Part shown: positions 47,036-57,851 of the stretch, piece after piece
Layout: each line of letters opens with the position of its first letter
Position numbering within the stretch: position 1 is the stretch's first letter
Assembly: GCA_965263295.1 (NCBI GenBank)
Contig: OZ253665.1
Span: forward strand, 2,304,001 to 2,368,000
Length of the DNA: 64,000 nt
Reading direction: 5' to 3'
Origin: Spirochaetia bacterium
GTDB taxonomy: Bacteria; Spirochaetota; Spirochaetia; SP-2023
The notes under the pieces: generated by a model
What the model was told of the DNA's origin: nothing
What the model saw: the letters and a program-made list of their open reading frames with translations, nothing else
The model's database searches: none
Translations under genes and position numbers: made by a program

Positions 47036-49720
47036 CTAGAACGAAACGTTGAATACAAAGCTGAAGGCCCAACCGTCATTCATAATCAAGTTTTCCGGTT
47101 CCGGGTCGCCATCTATGCCGCCATCCTTGATGCGGAAGTTCTTGGTGATGTAGAGGGCCAGCGGCAGTTGCGGGATACTCAGGCGCGGACCGAAACCAAT
47201 CGTGAAGCGGAAGTCTTCCAGGCTGGTATTGCCAATTTGGCTCAGCTCGCGCCATAGCATTAAGGCATCAAAGAACAGGTCGATAGTCAAAATCCGTGGG
47301 ATTAGTGGATAACGAATTTCAGCCGTACTGTTCCAGAAAGCCCGGCCGTAATCGTAAGACCAACTCCCGCGGTTGAGCATGGTGTAGCGTTGCAAAAAGC
47401 TGCCATAACGCTGGGCGTCTGGGGTCTCGTTCTTCCAGGGGTGCTGCAGCAGAATGTTAAACGAAGTTCCTAAGTGAAAGATCAGGCGGAACACGTAGTC
47501 GCTGCGACTGGCATTAGCCTCAATGATGGGTAGATAGAAGTCGATTGAACTGCGGCTTTTCAGGTAGTAGATATTCTCATCGGAAGGCATTAGGCCGCCC
47601 AAGGTGAAGCCTTGGGACAAAGAAAAGCCTCGATTAGGTTCTAAGGGCAGGTCCGTGGTGCTCCAGCCCAAGCCAAAGAACAAGGTATCGCTGAACAACC
47701 ATTTTTGAAAATTCTTGAGCGTGCGCTCGTTCAGTGGGCGGAAGACATCGTTGTCATAATCGACATAGCTAAGGCTGGTGTTATAGCTATCTTTTAGTTC
47801 AAGGCGACTGTATTGGTTAAAAATGGGGATGCGCCACATCAGACTGCTATTTAGCCCCAGGCTGAGGCTGCTAGTCTCGCTGCGCATGCCGTAATCAGTC
47901 AGGTATTGCGATATCTGCGGGGGGGGGGCGTTTGCAAAGTCATCCTGGCTGAGAAAGGGATCAAGTACGCCATTGCCGTCCAGGTCCTGTCCGACAAGGG
48001 TTCTGGTGGTGTGGTTGAAACCCAGCAATGCACCGATGCCAAAATTAGATCCGAAAATGCGCGGGTTACCAAAATTCAGATGCACTTCTTGGGAGCTCAC
48101 ACTCAGTTCCAGGCCCGTACCGATTGAATAACCGCGTCCGAGGAAGTTATTTTCCGAGAGTTGGAAGGTGCCACTGATGGGAAAGGATCCCTCAATATCA
48201 GAGGGACTGATGCGCATACCGGCTGTGACATTCATGGTCTGGCCTTCACTGACGTGCAAAATGATGCGGATCAAGCCGGGTGCCGAACCGTGGACAATTT
48301 CGGGTTCCACGGATTCAAAATATTGAGTGTAGTAGAGGTTTTGCAGGCCGCGCCGCAGCTCGGCACCGTTGAAAATGTCGCCGGGTTTAAGCGGAATCTC
48401 GCGCAGGATCACATAGTCCTTAGTTAGAGTATTGCCTTCAATCTCAATTGATTCAAGTCGATTGCGCACCTTACTTTCGAGAATCTGAATATCGTAGGCA
48501 ACGGTAAGTTTGCTTGAGTCTCTCTTTTCTTGTGGAACAATCTGGGTCTGGGCGTAGCCCAGTGAAATGTACTTTTGTTGTATGGCGTCTATACTGGCCT
48601 CAAACTGGGATAGATTGAAAGGGCTGCCTTTTTTCAAGGTAAAGAGCTGTTCAAGTTCCTCGTTATTGAATAGCTTGTTCCCGCTGATTTTTACACCATC
48701 GTATTTATACTGTGGTCCTTCGTCTATATGATAGACCAGTTTGAGGAACTTGGTTTGGGCGACTTTGTTTTTAGAAATGTGCGATTTCGTGCGATTGACG
48801 CGAAAGAGAACTTCTTCAACGCGTATGATGCGCATGTCCAGATAACCTTCCTGGCGATAAAACGCCTTGTATATCTGGCTGTCGTCCTCAATGTCGCGGG
48901 CCACGTAATCTTTGGGAAAAAAGAAGATGTTTGCCTTGTAGTTGAGCGGCCCGCCCCCTACGCCAGAGGCGCTAAACAGTTTGCTTCTCGAATAACTGCT
49001 GCCGACGAATTCCACGCCGGCGATGCGCAGGCGTTCTCCTTCATTGATAAAAAAAGTCACGATGACGGCGTTGGGCTGCTTGGAATCGTCAACAACATTG
49101 CTGTGTACCGTGGTGTTGAGGGCCCCTTTGTCAGAATAGGCCGTCTCAATGCGGCGTTCATCGGCACGCACCACAGCTTCGTCGTAGAAACTCTTGCGCT
49201 CTTGTAGTTGAATGGTGTCCTTAAGTTTGCTGCGGCTGAGCAGAGAACTGCGGCCCTGGAATTGAATGCTGGAGACCTGTTTTTTCTCTTCTACATTTAT
49301 ATACAGGCGCAAGGTGTTGGCCGACAACTTCTCATATGCCAGTTCGACGTTGGAAAAATACTCCAGGTTGAAGGTGTCGATAATGACGTTGCTAATGACA
49401 TCGTCGTTTAGCTCCTTGTCCAGATTGTTGTCGCGCAGAACTCGAATATCGCGTTCGCGTACGTTGATCAATCCCAAAAACACGACGTCGCGGATTCGCA
49501 TCCCGATAAAAGGCGCAGGGTTGTCGCTGGGAGCATTGACCCCGCTCGCCTGGGCAGCTTCCTGCTGCGCCAGCTCTTCTTGCTCTGTCTGGTCCCGTGC
49601 ATCTTCTTGGGCCAGTAGCGGCGCAGGAAGGACTAAAACCCAGGCCAGAAAATAGCTGATGCCGAGCAGTTGCAACAGTGCAGGCAAAAATTTTCGGAAA
49701 AGGGGGCAAAGAATGATCAA
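47036..49720 (-). CDS. bamA: Outer-membrane protein assembly factor BamA
   Basis: POTRA repeats (IEGNTLTKDYVILRE, DEGPQY), ENNFLGRG barrel start, terminal Phe. Confidence 0.9.
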   Translation of the reverse strand: MIILCPLFRKFLPALLQLLGISYFLAWVLVLPAPLLAQEDARDQTEQEELAQQEAAQASGVNAPSDNPAPFIGMRIRDVVFLGLINVRERDIRVLRDNNLDKELNDDVISNVIIDTFNLEYFSNVELAYEKLSANTLRLYINVEEKKQVSSIQFQGRSSLLSRSKLKDTIQLQERKSFYDEAVVRADERRIETAYSDKGALNTTVHSNVVDDSKQPNAVIVTFFINEGERLRIAGVEFVGSSYSRSKLFSASGVGGGPLNYKANIFFFPKDYVARDIEDDSQIYKAFYRQEGYLDMRIIRVEEVLFRVNRTKSHISKNKVAQTKFLKLVYHIDEGPQYKYDGVKISGNKLFNNEELEQLFTLKKGSPFNLSQFEASIDAIQQKYISLGYAQTQIVPQEKRDSSKLTVAYDIQILESKVRNRLESIEIEGNTLTKDYVILREIPLKPGDIFNGAELRRGLQNLYYTQYFESVEPEIVHGSAPGLIRIILHVSEGQTMNVTAGMRISPSDIEGSFPISGTFQLSENNFLGRGYSIGTGLELSVSSQEVHLNFGNPRIFGSNFGIGALLGFNHTTRTLVGQDLDGNGVLDPFLSQDDFANAPPPQISQYLTDYGMRSETSSLSLGLNSSLMWRIPIFNQYSRLELKDSYNTSLSYVDYDNDVFRPLNERTLKNFQKWLFSDTLFFGLGWSTTDLPLEPNRGFSLSQGFTLGGLMPSDENIYYLKSRSSIDFYLPIIEANASRSDYVFRLIFHLGTSFNILLQHPWKNETPDAQRYGSFLQRYTMLNRGSWSYDYGRAFWNSTAEIRYPLIPRILTIDLFFDALMLWRELSQIGNTSLEDFRFTIGFGPRLSIPQLPLALYITKNFRIKDGGIDGDPEPENLIMNDGWAFSFVFNVSF

Positions 49721-49763
49721 TTTTAGCTCCTATATAGGCCTTGGTCCAGCTATAGACCTAAGT

Positions 49764-52700
49764 CTACTCTTCGACGTATGGGACGATTTCATCACTGACT
49801 TTTTCATCGCTGCGCTCAAAGGCGGCCAAGCGCCTGCGGCCAAGGAAGTCGCTCAACGACCATTCGAGCAACAGGCTGCTGTCTGTGATGAAAAAGTCAT
49901 TATAATGTGCAAGACCTATATCCCAGGTTATGTCTAGCAGTGGGGTGCTAAACTTTAGTCCGAGCCCAGGAACGACTTGCAGGTCATCACGAGAAAATAA
50001 AACGGCTCTAGTGTCCTGAGGCTTGTATAGAAGGTCAATGTTGAATAATAATAAAATTGTATTATTGCGGTCAATGTAAGACCCAAAGGACATATGTGTG
50101 TTATGTAAGTATTTAACCCAGTTTGAAGCGGCCGAGTCAATCGATGCCTGCAGTTGGGAGGCGTTGCTGAATCCGGCGTTATTTCTTCTGCCAGAAAAGC
50201 GATAACTTACATTCAAATAGTCGTTTAATAAATTCCCCAGCAAGTCTGTTTTTAGATTCACTTCGTCGAATTTGAATTCTTTGCGAATGAATTCCTCTGC
50301 TGGTTTGAGTACCACGTTGCTGCCCAGTTGGGACAGGACTCCCGAAAAAAACTGATTCTGGCGCAAATTGGATTCGCCCTCAACAGTGACAGCGCCACCG
50401 GCAGTGAGCTGGCTCGCCACCAGGCTGCGCAGTTCTTGTTCGGGCTTAGGCGGTTGGGAGTGAAGGTGGGGGCTCCAATCTCGCTCGGCCAGTTTGTCCA
50501 GGTCGCCTTGATAGTCCATGTTTACCTGGATGTTCTGCCCCTCTTGTTGGTCGTAAGCGTAGAGCACGAAAAAGAGGGAAATTTCGGGAGAAAAATGGGC
50601 AAAATCCTCATCGAATATTAATTCTCCTTTGCGCAAGTTCATTTGGTTGCCCAGCAGATAGAGTTGACCGTCATAAAGTGTGATATGGCCTTCAAGGCTG
50701 CCTTTTTGGCTGTCGCCGTCGTATGAAACCCGTAATTCGTCGCGCGGGTTTAGCCGCGTAGTAAAAATGGGGCTAGCTTCCTGTGGGTAGGACAAGCGTG
50801 CCGAGCGCCCGATTTTGGCACGGATGTCGAGAGAAAATGGATAAGCAGTTGAGCTTCCCGCATTTGCCGGGGATCTTGTGGGCGCCACTCGGCTTTCGTC
50901 TGTGTCCGGCTGCACCCTGCCTGGGTCGGCTGGCGAGCCGCTAGCTCCGATAGAATTGTAGCGTTGGCTGCCCTGCATTAGCAGTTGGTTCAGTTCAAAG
51001 TCGGCATTCAGGTAGCCGCCCTGGCCGCTGCCTTCCAACGTGGCTGAGCCTTTAGCCGTGGCGGAATATTGGATACCGTAGGCATCATAAAATAGGGGGA
51101 TACCCTGTTTGCCCCGTATTCCAAAGTTTAAATAGTAGCGGGCGATTTGCAGGGATTGATGGCGTATATAGGCGGCGTCGTAGCCAGAACTGTATAGCTG
51201 GCTGTCGGGAAACTGGACCTGAAAGGGTTTGGCCATAATGACATGGTCTTTTGCGACGATTTCAATGTTCAAAGCCGGCGAGGTATCTGGGGAATATGGC
51301 AAAAGCAGGCGAACGTTCTGCAGGCGCAGCGAGCCGTCAAGCGAAGGGTTAAATACTTTGCCGTGGACGCGCAGGCGGCCTGTTATACGACCTTGTGCAA
51401 ATTGCAAGACCGGCTGTTCTATAATTGCGTCTTGGGGCATCAATACGTTGAGGGCGCGTGGTTCAATTGTCAGCTGTTCCACTTGGGCATCAATATCTTC
51501 GCCATCACTGTTGCCCTGGGCGCGGAAAGAGATGGGATAGGTACTACCGACATTTAACCAGAAATAGCGACTCTGGATGCCCATTTCCAGATCCTCTCGG
51601 CGATGACGAAAGATTTGTAGTTCGGCAGCCTGCCGGCTGTCGGTTTTTGAGACTTCAGCTGTAGCTTTACTTTCTGCCGGTTTTAAAATGATGCGCGGTT
51701 CGACGAAAATATCGAAGCCGGGGTAAACCTTGCGGCTGCTCTGGCCTTTGCCGGCGCGGCTATCGCTGAAGACATTGTTGCGTAGGTTGCTGGCAATGGC
51801 CGAAAACGAGCCGCCAGAATGTGCTTGCTCACTTTCGGCTAGCGCATAATCCCGCAGGGGATAGCTGTAGAGTCTGCCGCGCCAGCGTATTAGTTCTCGT
51901 TCCATCGGGTCAAAGTCCTCCCAGGTGTCCTGGGCGTCGACTGTGCCTGGAAGTAGCACTAACTGGTTCAAGGGGCTTTGGTGGCGCTCTAAATTAATGG
52001 CTAAAGAGCTGCTATAGTATTTGTTTGGATCAATTTGCAGGGAGTAGTTGAGCAGTCCTGCCAGTTGCTGCTCGTCCTCACCCTCAATATGGAAGCTGAA
52101 GAAGCTCCGCTCTAGTTGCAACTGACCAAAGTGCCCGCGGATGTCAGAAAATAGCCAGGAGTCAGGTTCATCGCGCCAGAGTAGATGTGAACCGAGCTCC
52201 AGAGTGCGGCCGGCGTAGCTGGCCTGAGCCAGCTGCCACTGTCCTTGGATTTCTGTAAAATGGATCTTGAAGTTTTGTGTATTTGGGGTTTTAGCCTTGG
52301 AGGTTGGCGGCCTTTGCAATCCCGCCGTTGTGCCTGCGAAGTCTGGGCCGTGATACTGGCCGCGGGTTTCGAGCGCAAGCTGCAGAATACCACTGCTCAA
52401 ACTTTGCGCTGAGCCGCCTCGCAATAGATTGAGCAGTCGGGTAAAGCGAGTCGCATCCAGGTGCCCGTTTACTTGGATACGAAAGTCTTGTCCTTCTGTG
52501 CTGAGTTGGAGTTGTAGATTCTCGTCACCCTGAATTTGGGCAGCTCCCTGGCGGGGGCCGGCTTCTCTCAATTGGCCTTGCAGACGGAAGTCCCCGAGCC
52601 AGTAGCCTGTATTTTCAGCTGGCGATCCGCCAGTCTCTGTCGATGGCTGACCCTGGTACAGAGGTCCTTCCTGGGACAAATCTTGTGGCAGAGGTAACGC

Positions 52701-55700
52701 CAAGGGTTGGTCTCGCTGCGTTTGTGCGTAAGGATTGATTTGGGGGCCCGCCGTTTGGTTGGCGGGTTGCCGGGCAAAAGGAATGGGTGTCGCCGCCGGC
52801 TCCTTGGCCTTTGGTTTATTTTTTTTGTCTGTTTGGGGCTCTTCAGCCGAGGCAAGGATGCTCCGGCTGTCTTGAGACGTGTGACCGCTGCCGGCTGGTT
52901 CTCCAGCTTCAGGAGACGCGGCGCCAGAAAATAGTTGATTTCCGGCTGCGGAGCTTGAGTTCCCTGTGTTTTCTGGCGCGGGAGGCAATGAGGGCTGCAA
53001 AGGTGGCTGGAATAGTTGATAGCTGGGAAAAACCGGAGTCATGGGGCGAATAAATTGCAAATTGCCTTGCCCTTGCAATAGGCGTTGCGGTTCCAGGAGG
53101 CTTAACTTCTGTAGCTTGAGCTGGTCGGGGTGCCAAGAGCCGGCCAAATATAGCTCGGCACCTTCTGGAAAATATGCGCCGGGAGGCAGTTCCAGGAGAA
53201 ATTCTGTAAGATCTACCTGCCAGTTCTGACGCTCTAGGCTTTGTCGCCCGTCGGAATAGGTGCCGGATAACTTGAGGCTAAGTAAGACATCGCCGAGTTC
53301 GACTTGATATTTGAAATTGGCCAGGCGCCCGGTGTCCTCAATATTATTTATATCCTTCATGACTTCTGTCGATGGTCGTCTCAGGCCTAAAACGGAGAGG
53401 CCGGGCAGCTGGGGCAAAGGCAGTTGCCGGAAATCTATTTGGTAATGTTTAGAGTCAAAATAAGCATAGAGCTCGCGATCTCCTTGTAACAACCAACCTT
53501 GTGGAGCATTTGTCGAAGCATCCTCTGTTGGGTTTTGAGAAGCGGGTGGGCTGCCGGGCAGGAAAATGTGCTGTAAGCGATATTTTACAGGTTGATCCTG
53601 TAACTTCAGTAGGCCCTGCCCATTTTGCCGCAGCAAGTTCCAGGAAAATTTGTTGTCCAGCTTTAGGGTGTCCCAGCGCAGCTGTAGTTTGTCCAGGTTG
53701 ATTTGCTGGGCGTTGGCACTGGCTTGCACCAGGAGCTTGTGTGCTCGGTCGCGACCTTGTAGTTGCAGTTCTTCCAGCCAGAGCTGGAAACTGTCAAAAT
53801 TACTCTGCAGCTTGCTGCTTAACTGCAGATAAGAATGGTTCAGGCCGGGAAAGAGGAATTCCAGGGCGGAAGGGACGCCGCGCCCCAATATGGCAATTAG
53901 CGGTATTTTTCCGTTCTCAATGCGTTGCGCCGCCGCGTCCCAGCCAAGGCTGTTGAGCTCCAGCTGCAGCGGCATTTTGCCGCCTGCTGTTTCGCCCGTA
54001 GTCCCTGTAGCCCCCGTAGTTTCAGGGGGGCGGCCTTGCAGATTGGCCGAGCCGTAGAGGCTGAATACAGGGAGGAGGAAAAAAGGAGCCTCACCGAGCC
54101 CATCCTGCTCGTCCTGAAGGTCATTGAAGAAGAGCTGTTGTGTCGCGGCTTCCCCCGCGCTAGCTGGATCTTCGAAGTTTAAAAAATTTCCCGTTTGTAA
54201 GGAGCCGGCGGAGGCCGGCGCAGAGAGTCCGAATTCAGGACCCAATTTGATGCTTTGCCGAACTTTATATTGGGCCTGGTACTGCTGTAATTCCGCTGCT
54301 GGATACAGCGGGCTGCCTCGGTAGAGAGATACTTTAGAGTTTCTTTTTCCCGTCGACAGTTCTTGCTCGCTCTGATACATTTGCTCTCGGCTTAGCGGCA
54401 AGCGCAATTGGGCGCTGATATAATAGCTCCCTTGGCGGTAGAGCAGGAAGCTGCGCAGTTGTGGTTGAGCCCAGGGCGGAAGCCCCAAACTCAGTTCTGG
54501 AATCTGGGAGTCATTTAGTTTTGCTCCTTGGCGGCTTGCTGCCGGCTGCGTGGCGCTGTCTAGATTTGCTTGAGGGAATTCTGGCGTCAGTACCCGCACG
54601 GAGGGCAATTGGCCGTTATTCGCCAAGCCCAGGCCGGAAAACTGGCTACTCAGAGTGTCTATCAGCAGCATGTCGCCGCGCGGGCCAGAGCGCTGCAAAA
54701 CAAAGCGGCCGCGGTACCCTGGTGTTTGTGAGGATTGGGTTTCCTGTCCCGCGGGCACAGAATCCCGCATAGAACCCCGCCAGGAAACTTCCACTAGGCC
54801 GTCGGGGAGAAAGTTGTCGTATGGTAGGTCTCCGTGAAACTGCAACTGCCAGTTGTCTTGTTCCAATGAGACTTGGCGCACCTGTAAACCGCCCATATCT
54901 CCTCGGCCGTCAAAATTCAGACTGAGCAACCATTGTGGCAGGTAGGCCTGCAGCCGGGCCCGGTACTGGACTTGAAGTTCGGTCTGTGTCGTCGCCGCGC
55001 GCCGGCGGGCACTACTGTGATGGTTTGACGCAGCTTGAAGATCTTGATTGGCAGATAGGACTGCGGAGCCAATTGCTCTAGGCAGCTGTATTTGCACCTG
55101 ACTGCTGCCACTGAGCTGAGCATCTAGCAGAGGCTCTAAGGTCTGCTTGAGAACGGCATTCTCTGAGTCCAGGGGGGCCAACTCCAGGTAGTCATCCAGA
55201 CGGAAATTTTTGAGCCAGAATTCAAGGTTCAGAGCTTGCTGGCGGAAGACATACTGCAGCTGCCAATCAAGGGTGCGGATCTTGGACAGAGCTTGCAGTT
55301 TCAGGTCCTGGGGTGAGTATTCAGCCCGGAACTTGACGGGGCGCAGACGGATATATTGGCTGCGTAGTTCCTGCATATCGACGATGAGATAGGCCTGGCT
55401 GAAATTGTGAGTCAGGCCGCCGCGGGCGTGGAACTGTCCCCAGAGCAGCACTGGGTCTCCGCTGCTGACGGCACTGCTCTTTGATTTTTTGGCTCCGGGT
55501 TTTTTAGTTCTGGGATCTCTAGCTCTGGAGTTGTGCGCTTTTATTTGACTGCGGAATTTGCCCCTGAGATCAAAGAGATAATTGGAAGCGACTTTGCGGG
55601 TTGTTTCGTGTCGGGATTCAGTAGAAAGAGGGGCCACTTGAATTCTTGTCTGTTGTTGCCGGCGCGTCTGCACTAGAGATGGGCTGTCGCTTACTGCGCC

Positions 55701-57851
55701 TGGCAACAATTGCAGAAACCTTTGCCACAGCTCTACAACCCTGACTTGCCAGACTTGTAGTCGTGCCGTTGCCGTCTGCTGTGGGTGGGGGGCTAGACTG
55801 TCTGCTACAAGGTGCTTGGGAGTGTTTATATCTCCAGCGTCTTGCATTAGAAAGCGGATGTCATCCGCTACAAGAAGCTGCTCCCAGAGATCAAAATCTA
55901 GCTGTAATGCTTGGATTTCTATCGGGAAGGCACGCAGTAACTGTAGAAAATCGGGCCATTCAAACGGGAATTTGTTACCTGTTTGCGGGCTGCCGGGAAT
56001 TTCTGCAGGTCCTGCTTGGCTGTCGCTGAACGTCTGCAATGAGTCCGCTGTGTATATTTTTAGCTCAACGTTTCCCAACGCTAGGTTTTCAATATTTTGC
56101 AACAATTGAAACAGCTGCCAAAAGTCGACCTCGGTGAGCTGCTGGGGGTCTTGCAACAAGTTTTGCAATAGCTCCGTGTCTGTCAGCCCAGCTTGCCGGG
56201 AAGCGGCGCTATGCGTTTGCAGTGGCCTTGCTTTAAGCCCTGTGCTTGCTTGCGGAGTGGATTGTCTTTTTAACTCGGAGCGGAGCAGTCGCCAAGCGTG
56301 GCGCAGTGTGGCGCTGAGGCTAAACTGCAGACGCAATTGGTCTGCCCGGATGTAAAGCTGCATATATAAATGCTTTGGGATTTGTTCTGAAGTGGGGGGA
56401 GCGGCTTGCTTTTGTTGGGATTGAGGCTCTTGCATCGCGGCCAGCTGGCCGAAAAATGGACTTTGCAGGCCTTGCCACTGTCGCAGAGGGAATGCCCGCT
56501 GTAGCTCGTCCAGAGCAGGTGCGAAGGCGGGGGGAAGAGATTGCTGTAGCTTCTCCCAGGTCATGAGCTTTGCGGGGCTATGGCTTACGCTTGTCCGCGC
56601 AATCGGATTTACTTGTGCGAACGGGGGACCTCGCGAGAAAGCCTTTTGGAGGGGCGGGATGGTGGGAACTTTGGGGCTGTAAGGGTCTTGAGCGCTATCT
56701 GGGTCTGGCGCGGGACGGGCACTGGGGGCTGTGCTTGGGGCAACAGTGGGGGCAACGGGGGCGACGGGGGCGACGACGGGGACTTCCAAGCGGACCTGTA
56801 TATCACTGAGTTGAATTTCATGCAACAAGTAGAGTCCTTGGAAACGGAAGCGTACTTGGATGCCGTGCTGTCTTTCCAATAGCACAAAGAGGTCTTGTAA
56901 TTTTGCCTGTAGCCTTTGCTGCCAATGCTGTGAAGCCCAAAATAGCCAGGCGGTCAGAAGGACAGCGCCAAGACAGCTCAGAGAAAAGGCGAAGTAAAAG
57001 CATTGACGCAGGAGCAGATGGCGGCGGAAATGGCTGTAGGAGCGGCGGTAGTGCCGAAAAAGCTTGGAGGGAAGTAGCAGGGAGTGCAGGCCATTGAAGA
57101 TGAATGCTCCGATATTCAGAACGGCGCTAGTGATAGTCGTCAGTCCTCGCTGTAAATGCTGCTTCAGTTTGTGCCCATATTTTTGCAGTCGGGGACTGGC
57201 TTCATGGAGTTTGGTTCGCAGCCTGGAATACAGCTGAAAATGCCGTCGATCTTTTGAGCGGTGCTTTGCAGAGCTGGTCACATGCGTGGCTACATGCCCT
57301 GGCCTGCGTTTTGCGTGGCGTTGGACGACAAAATTCCCGGCTTTGTTTTTAGACCAAGAAGCCCATTGGGCAAAAACTTTACGGCCCTGCAGCTGGAATT
57401 TATGCAGTCGCAAGATAAGTCGAAACACCCCAGCCGTTATTGATTTCTGGCGTTTGGTTTGCGTTTTATTTTGGCATTTGTCTTGTAATTTGTCTTGTAA
57501 TTTATCTTGCTGCTCTAGCGCTTTAGACACATTTTCTCTTGATTTGCTGCGATATGCATTGCGTTCTTGCTTGTTGCTCAGGGCCTTCTCGGCCGGGTTT
57601 TGCTGCGAGGATTGTGCCAACTGCCGGAATGCTTCTGTGGCCTGACGGCGAGCCGCTTCGGCCTTACTGCGTAATTTCCCGTGTATTTCCCCAGGTATTT
57701 CCCCATGTATTCTCTCGTGCATTCCCACGTGCAACTTTTCCGGTGAGTCGGGGGCTGCGGTGTTTGACTTCACTTTTTTACGCCAGTTTTTGGGTGGACT
57801 CTTAGAACTTCTCCTTAAACTAGCCCACAAACTTTCCGAACTTTTCCTCAC
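49764..57851 (-). CDS. tamB: TamB/AsmA-like translocation and assembly protein, very large (2695 aa)
   Basis: Single N-proximal TM, beta-rich body, DUF490-like C-terminal region (LRVHGKVFNPSLDG, LYLLGNQMNLRKGELIF, LHSQPP); directly upstream of bamA as in other spirochaetes; start uncertain. Confidence 0.7.
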   Translation of the reverse strand: MRKSSESLWASLRRSSKSPPKNWRKKVKSNTAAPDSPEKLHVGMHERIHGEIPGEIHGKLRSKAEAARRQATEAFRQLAQSSQQNPAEKALSNKQERNAYRSKSRENVSKALEQQDKLQDKLQDKCQNKTQTKRQKSITAGVFRLILRLHKFQLQGRKVFAQWASWSKNKAGNFVVQRHAKRRPGHVATHVTSSAKHRSKDRRHFQLYSRLRTKLHEASPRLQKYGHKLKQHLQRGLTTITSAVLNIGAFIFNGLHSLLLPSKLFRHYRRSYSHFRRHLLLRQCFYFAFSLSCLGAVLLTAWLFWASQHWQQRLQAKLQDLFVLLERQHGIQVRFRFQGLYLLHEIQLSDIQVRLEVPVVAPVAPVAPTVAPSTAPSARPAPDPDSAQDPYSPKVPTIPPLQKAFSRGPPFAQVNPIARTSVSHSPAKLMTWEKLQQSLPPAFAPALDELQRAFPLRQWQGLQSPFFGQLAAMQEPQSQQKQAAPPTSEQIPKHLYMQLYIRADQLRLQFSLSATLRHAWRLLRSELKRQSTPQASTGLKARPLQTHSAASRQAGLTDTELLQNLLQDPQQLTEVDFWQLFQLLQNIENLALGNVELKIYTADSLQTFSDSQAGPAEIPGSPQTGNKFPFEWPDFLQLLRAFPIEIQALQLDFDLWEQLLVADDIRFLMQDAGDINTPKHLVADSLAPHPQQTATARLQVWQVRVVELWQRFLQLLPGAVSDSPSLVQTRRQQQTRIQVAPLSTESRHETTRKVASNYLFDLRGKFRSQIKAHNSRARDPRTKKPGAKKSKSSAVSSGDPVLLWGQFHARGGLTHNFSQAYLIVDMQELRSQYIRLRPVKFRAEYSPQDLKLQALSKIRTLDWQLQYVFRQQALNLEFWLKNFRLDDYLELAPLDSENAVLKQTLEPLLDAQLSGSSQVQIQLPRAIGSAVLSANQDLQAASNHHSSARRRAATTQTELQVQYRARLQAYLPQWLLSLNFDGRGDMGGLQVRQVSLEQDNWQLQFHGDLPYDNFLPDGLVEVSWRGSMRDSVPAGQETQSSQTPGYRGRFVLQRSGPRGDMLLIDTLSSQFSGLGLANNGQLPSVRVLTPEFPQANLDSATQPAASRQGAKLNDSQIPELSLGLPPWAQPQLRSFLLYRQGSYYISAQLRLPLSREQMYQSEQELSTGKRNSKVSLYRGSPLYPAAELQQYQAQYKVRQSIKLGPEFGLSAPASAGSLQTGNFLNFEDPASAGEAATQQLFFNDLQDEQDGLGEAPFFLLPVFSLYGSANLQGRPPETTGATGTTGETAGGKMPLQLELNSLGWDAAAQRIENGKIPLIAILGRGVPSALEFLFPGLNHSYLQLSSKLQSNFDSFQLWLEELQLQGRDRAHKLLVQASANAQQINLDKLQLRWDTLKLDNKFSWNLLRQNGQGLLKLQDQPVKYRLQHIFLPGSPPASQNPTEDASTNAPQGWLLQGDRELYAYFDSKHYQIDFRQLPLPQLPGLSVLGLRRPSTEVMKDINNIEDTGRLANFKYQVELGDVLLSLKLSGTYSDGRQSLERQNWQVDLTEFLLELPPGAYFPEGAELYLAGSWHPDQLKLQKLSLLEPQRLLQGQGNLQFIRPMTPVFPSYQLFQPPLQPSLPPAPENTGNSSSAAGNQLFSGAASPEAGEPAGSGHTSQDSRSILASAEEPQTDKKNKPKAKEPAATPIPFARQPANQTAGPQINPYAQTQRDQPLALPLPQDLSQEGPLYQGQPSTETGGSPAENTGYWLGDFRLQGQLREAGPRQGAAQIQGDENLQLQLSTEGQDFRIQVNGHLDATRFTRLLNLLRGGSAQSLSSGILQLALETRGQYHGPDFAGTTAGLQRPPTSKAKTPNTQNFKIHFTEIQGQWQLAQASYAGRTLELGSHLLWRDEPDSWLFSDIRGHFGQLQLERSFFSFHIEGEDEQQLAGLLNYSLQIDPNKYYSSSLAINLERHQSPLNQLVLLPGTVDAQDTWEDFDPMERELIRWRGRLYSYPLRDYALAESEQAHSGGSFSAIASNLRNNVFSDSRAGKGQSSRKVYPGFDIFVEPRIILKPAESKATAEVSKTDSRQAAELQIFRHRREDLEMGIQSRYFWLNVGSTYPISFRAQGNSDGEDIDAQVEQLTIEPRALNVLMPQDAIIEQPVLQFAQGRITGRLRVHGKVFNPSLDGSLRLQNVRLLLPYSPDTSPALNIEIVAKDHVIMAKPFQVQFPDSQLYSSGYDAAYIRHQSLQIARYYLNFGIRGKQGIPLFYDAYGIQYSATAKGSATLEGSGQGGYLNADFELNQLLMQGSQRYNSIGASGSPADPGRVQPDTDESRVAPTRSPANAGSSTAYPFSLDIRAKIGRSARLSYPQEASPIFTTRLNPRDELRVSYDGDSQKGSLEGHITLYDGQLYLLGNQMNLRKGELIFDEDFAHFSPEISLFFVLYAYDQQEGQNIQVNMDYQGDLDKLAERDWSPHLHSQPPKPEQELRSLVASQLTAGGAVTVEGESNLRQNQFFSGVLSQLGSNVVLKPAEEFIRKEFKFDEVNLKTDLLGNLLNDYLNVSYRFSGRRNNAGFSNASQLQASIDSAASNWVKYLHNTHMSFGSYIDRNNTILLLFNIDLLYKPQDTRAVLFSRDDLQVVPGLGLKFSTPLLDITWDIGLAHYNDFFITDSSLLLEWSLSDFLGRRRLAAFERSDEKVSDEIVPYVEE

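Noticed and set aside
47919..47928. C10 tract inside bamA as a phase-variation switch
   Set aside because: Encodes APPP in a predicted loop of a normally essential gene; a frameshift would truncate the barrel.
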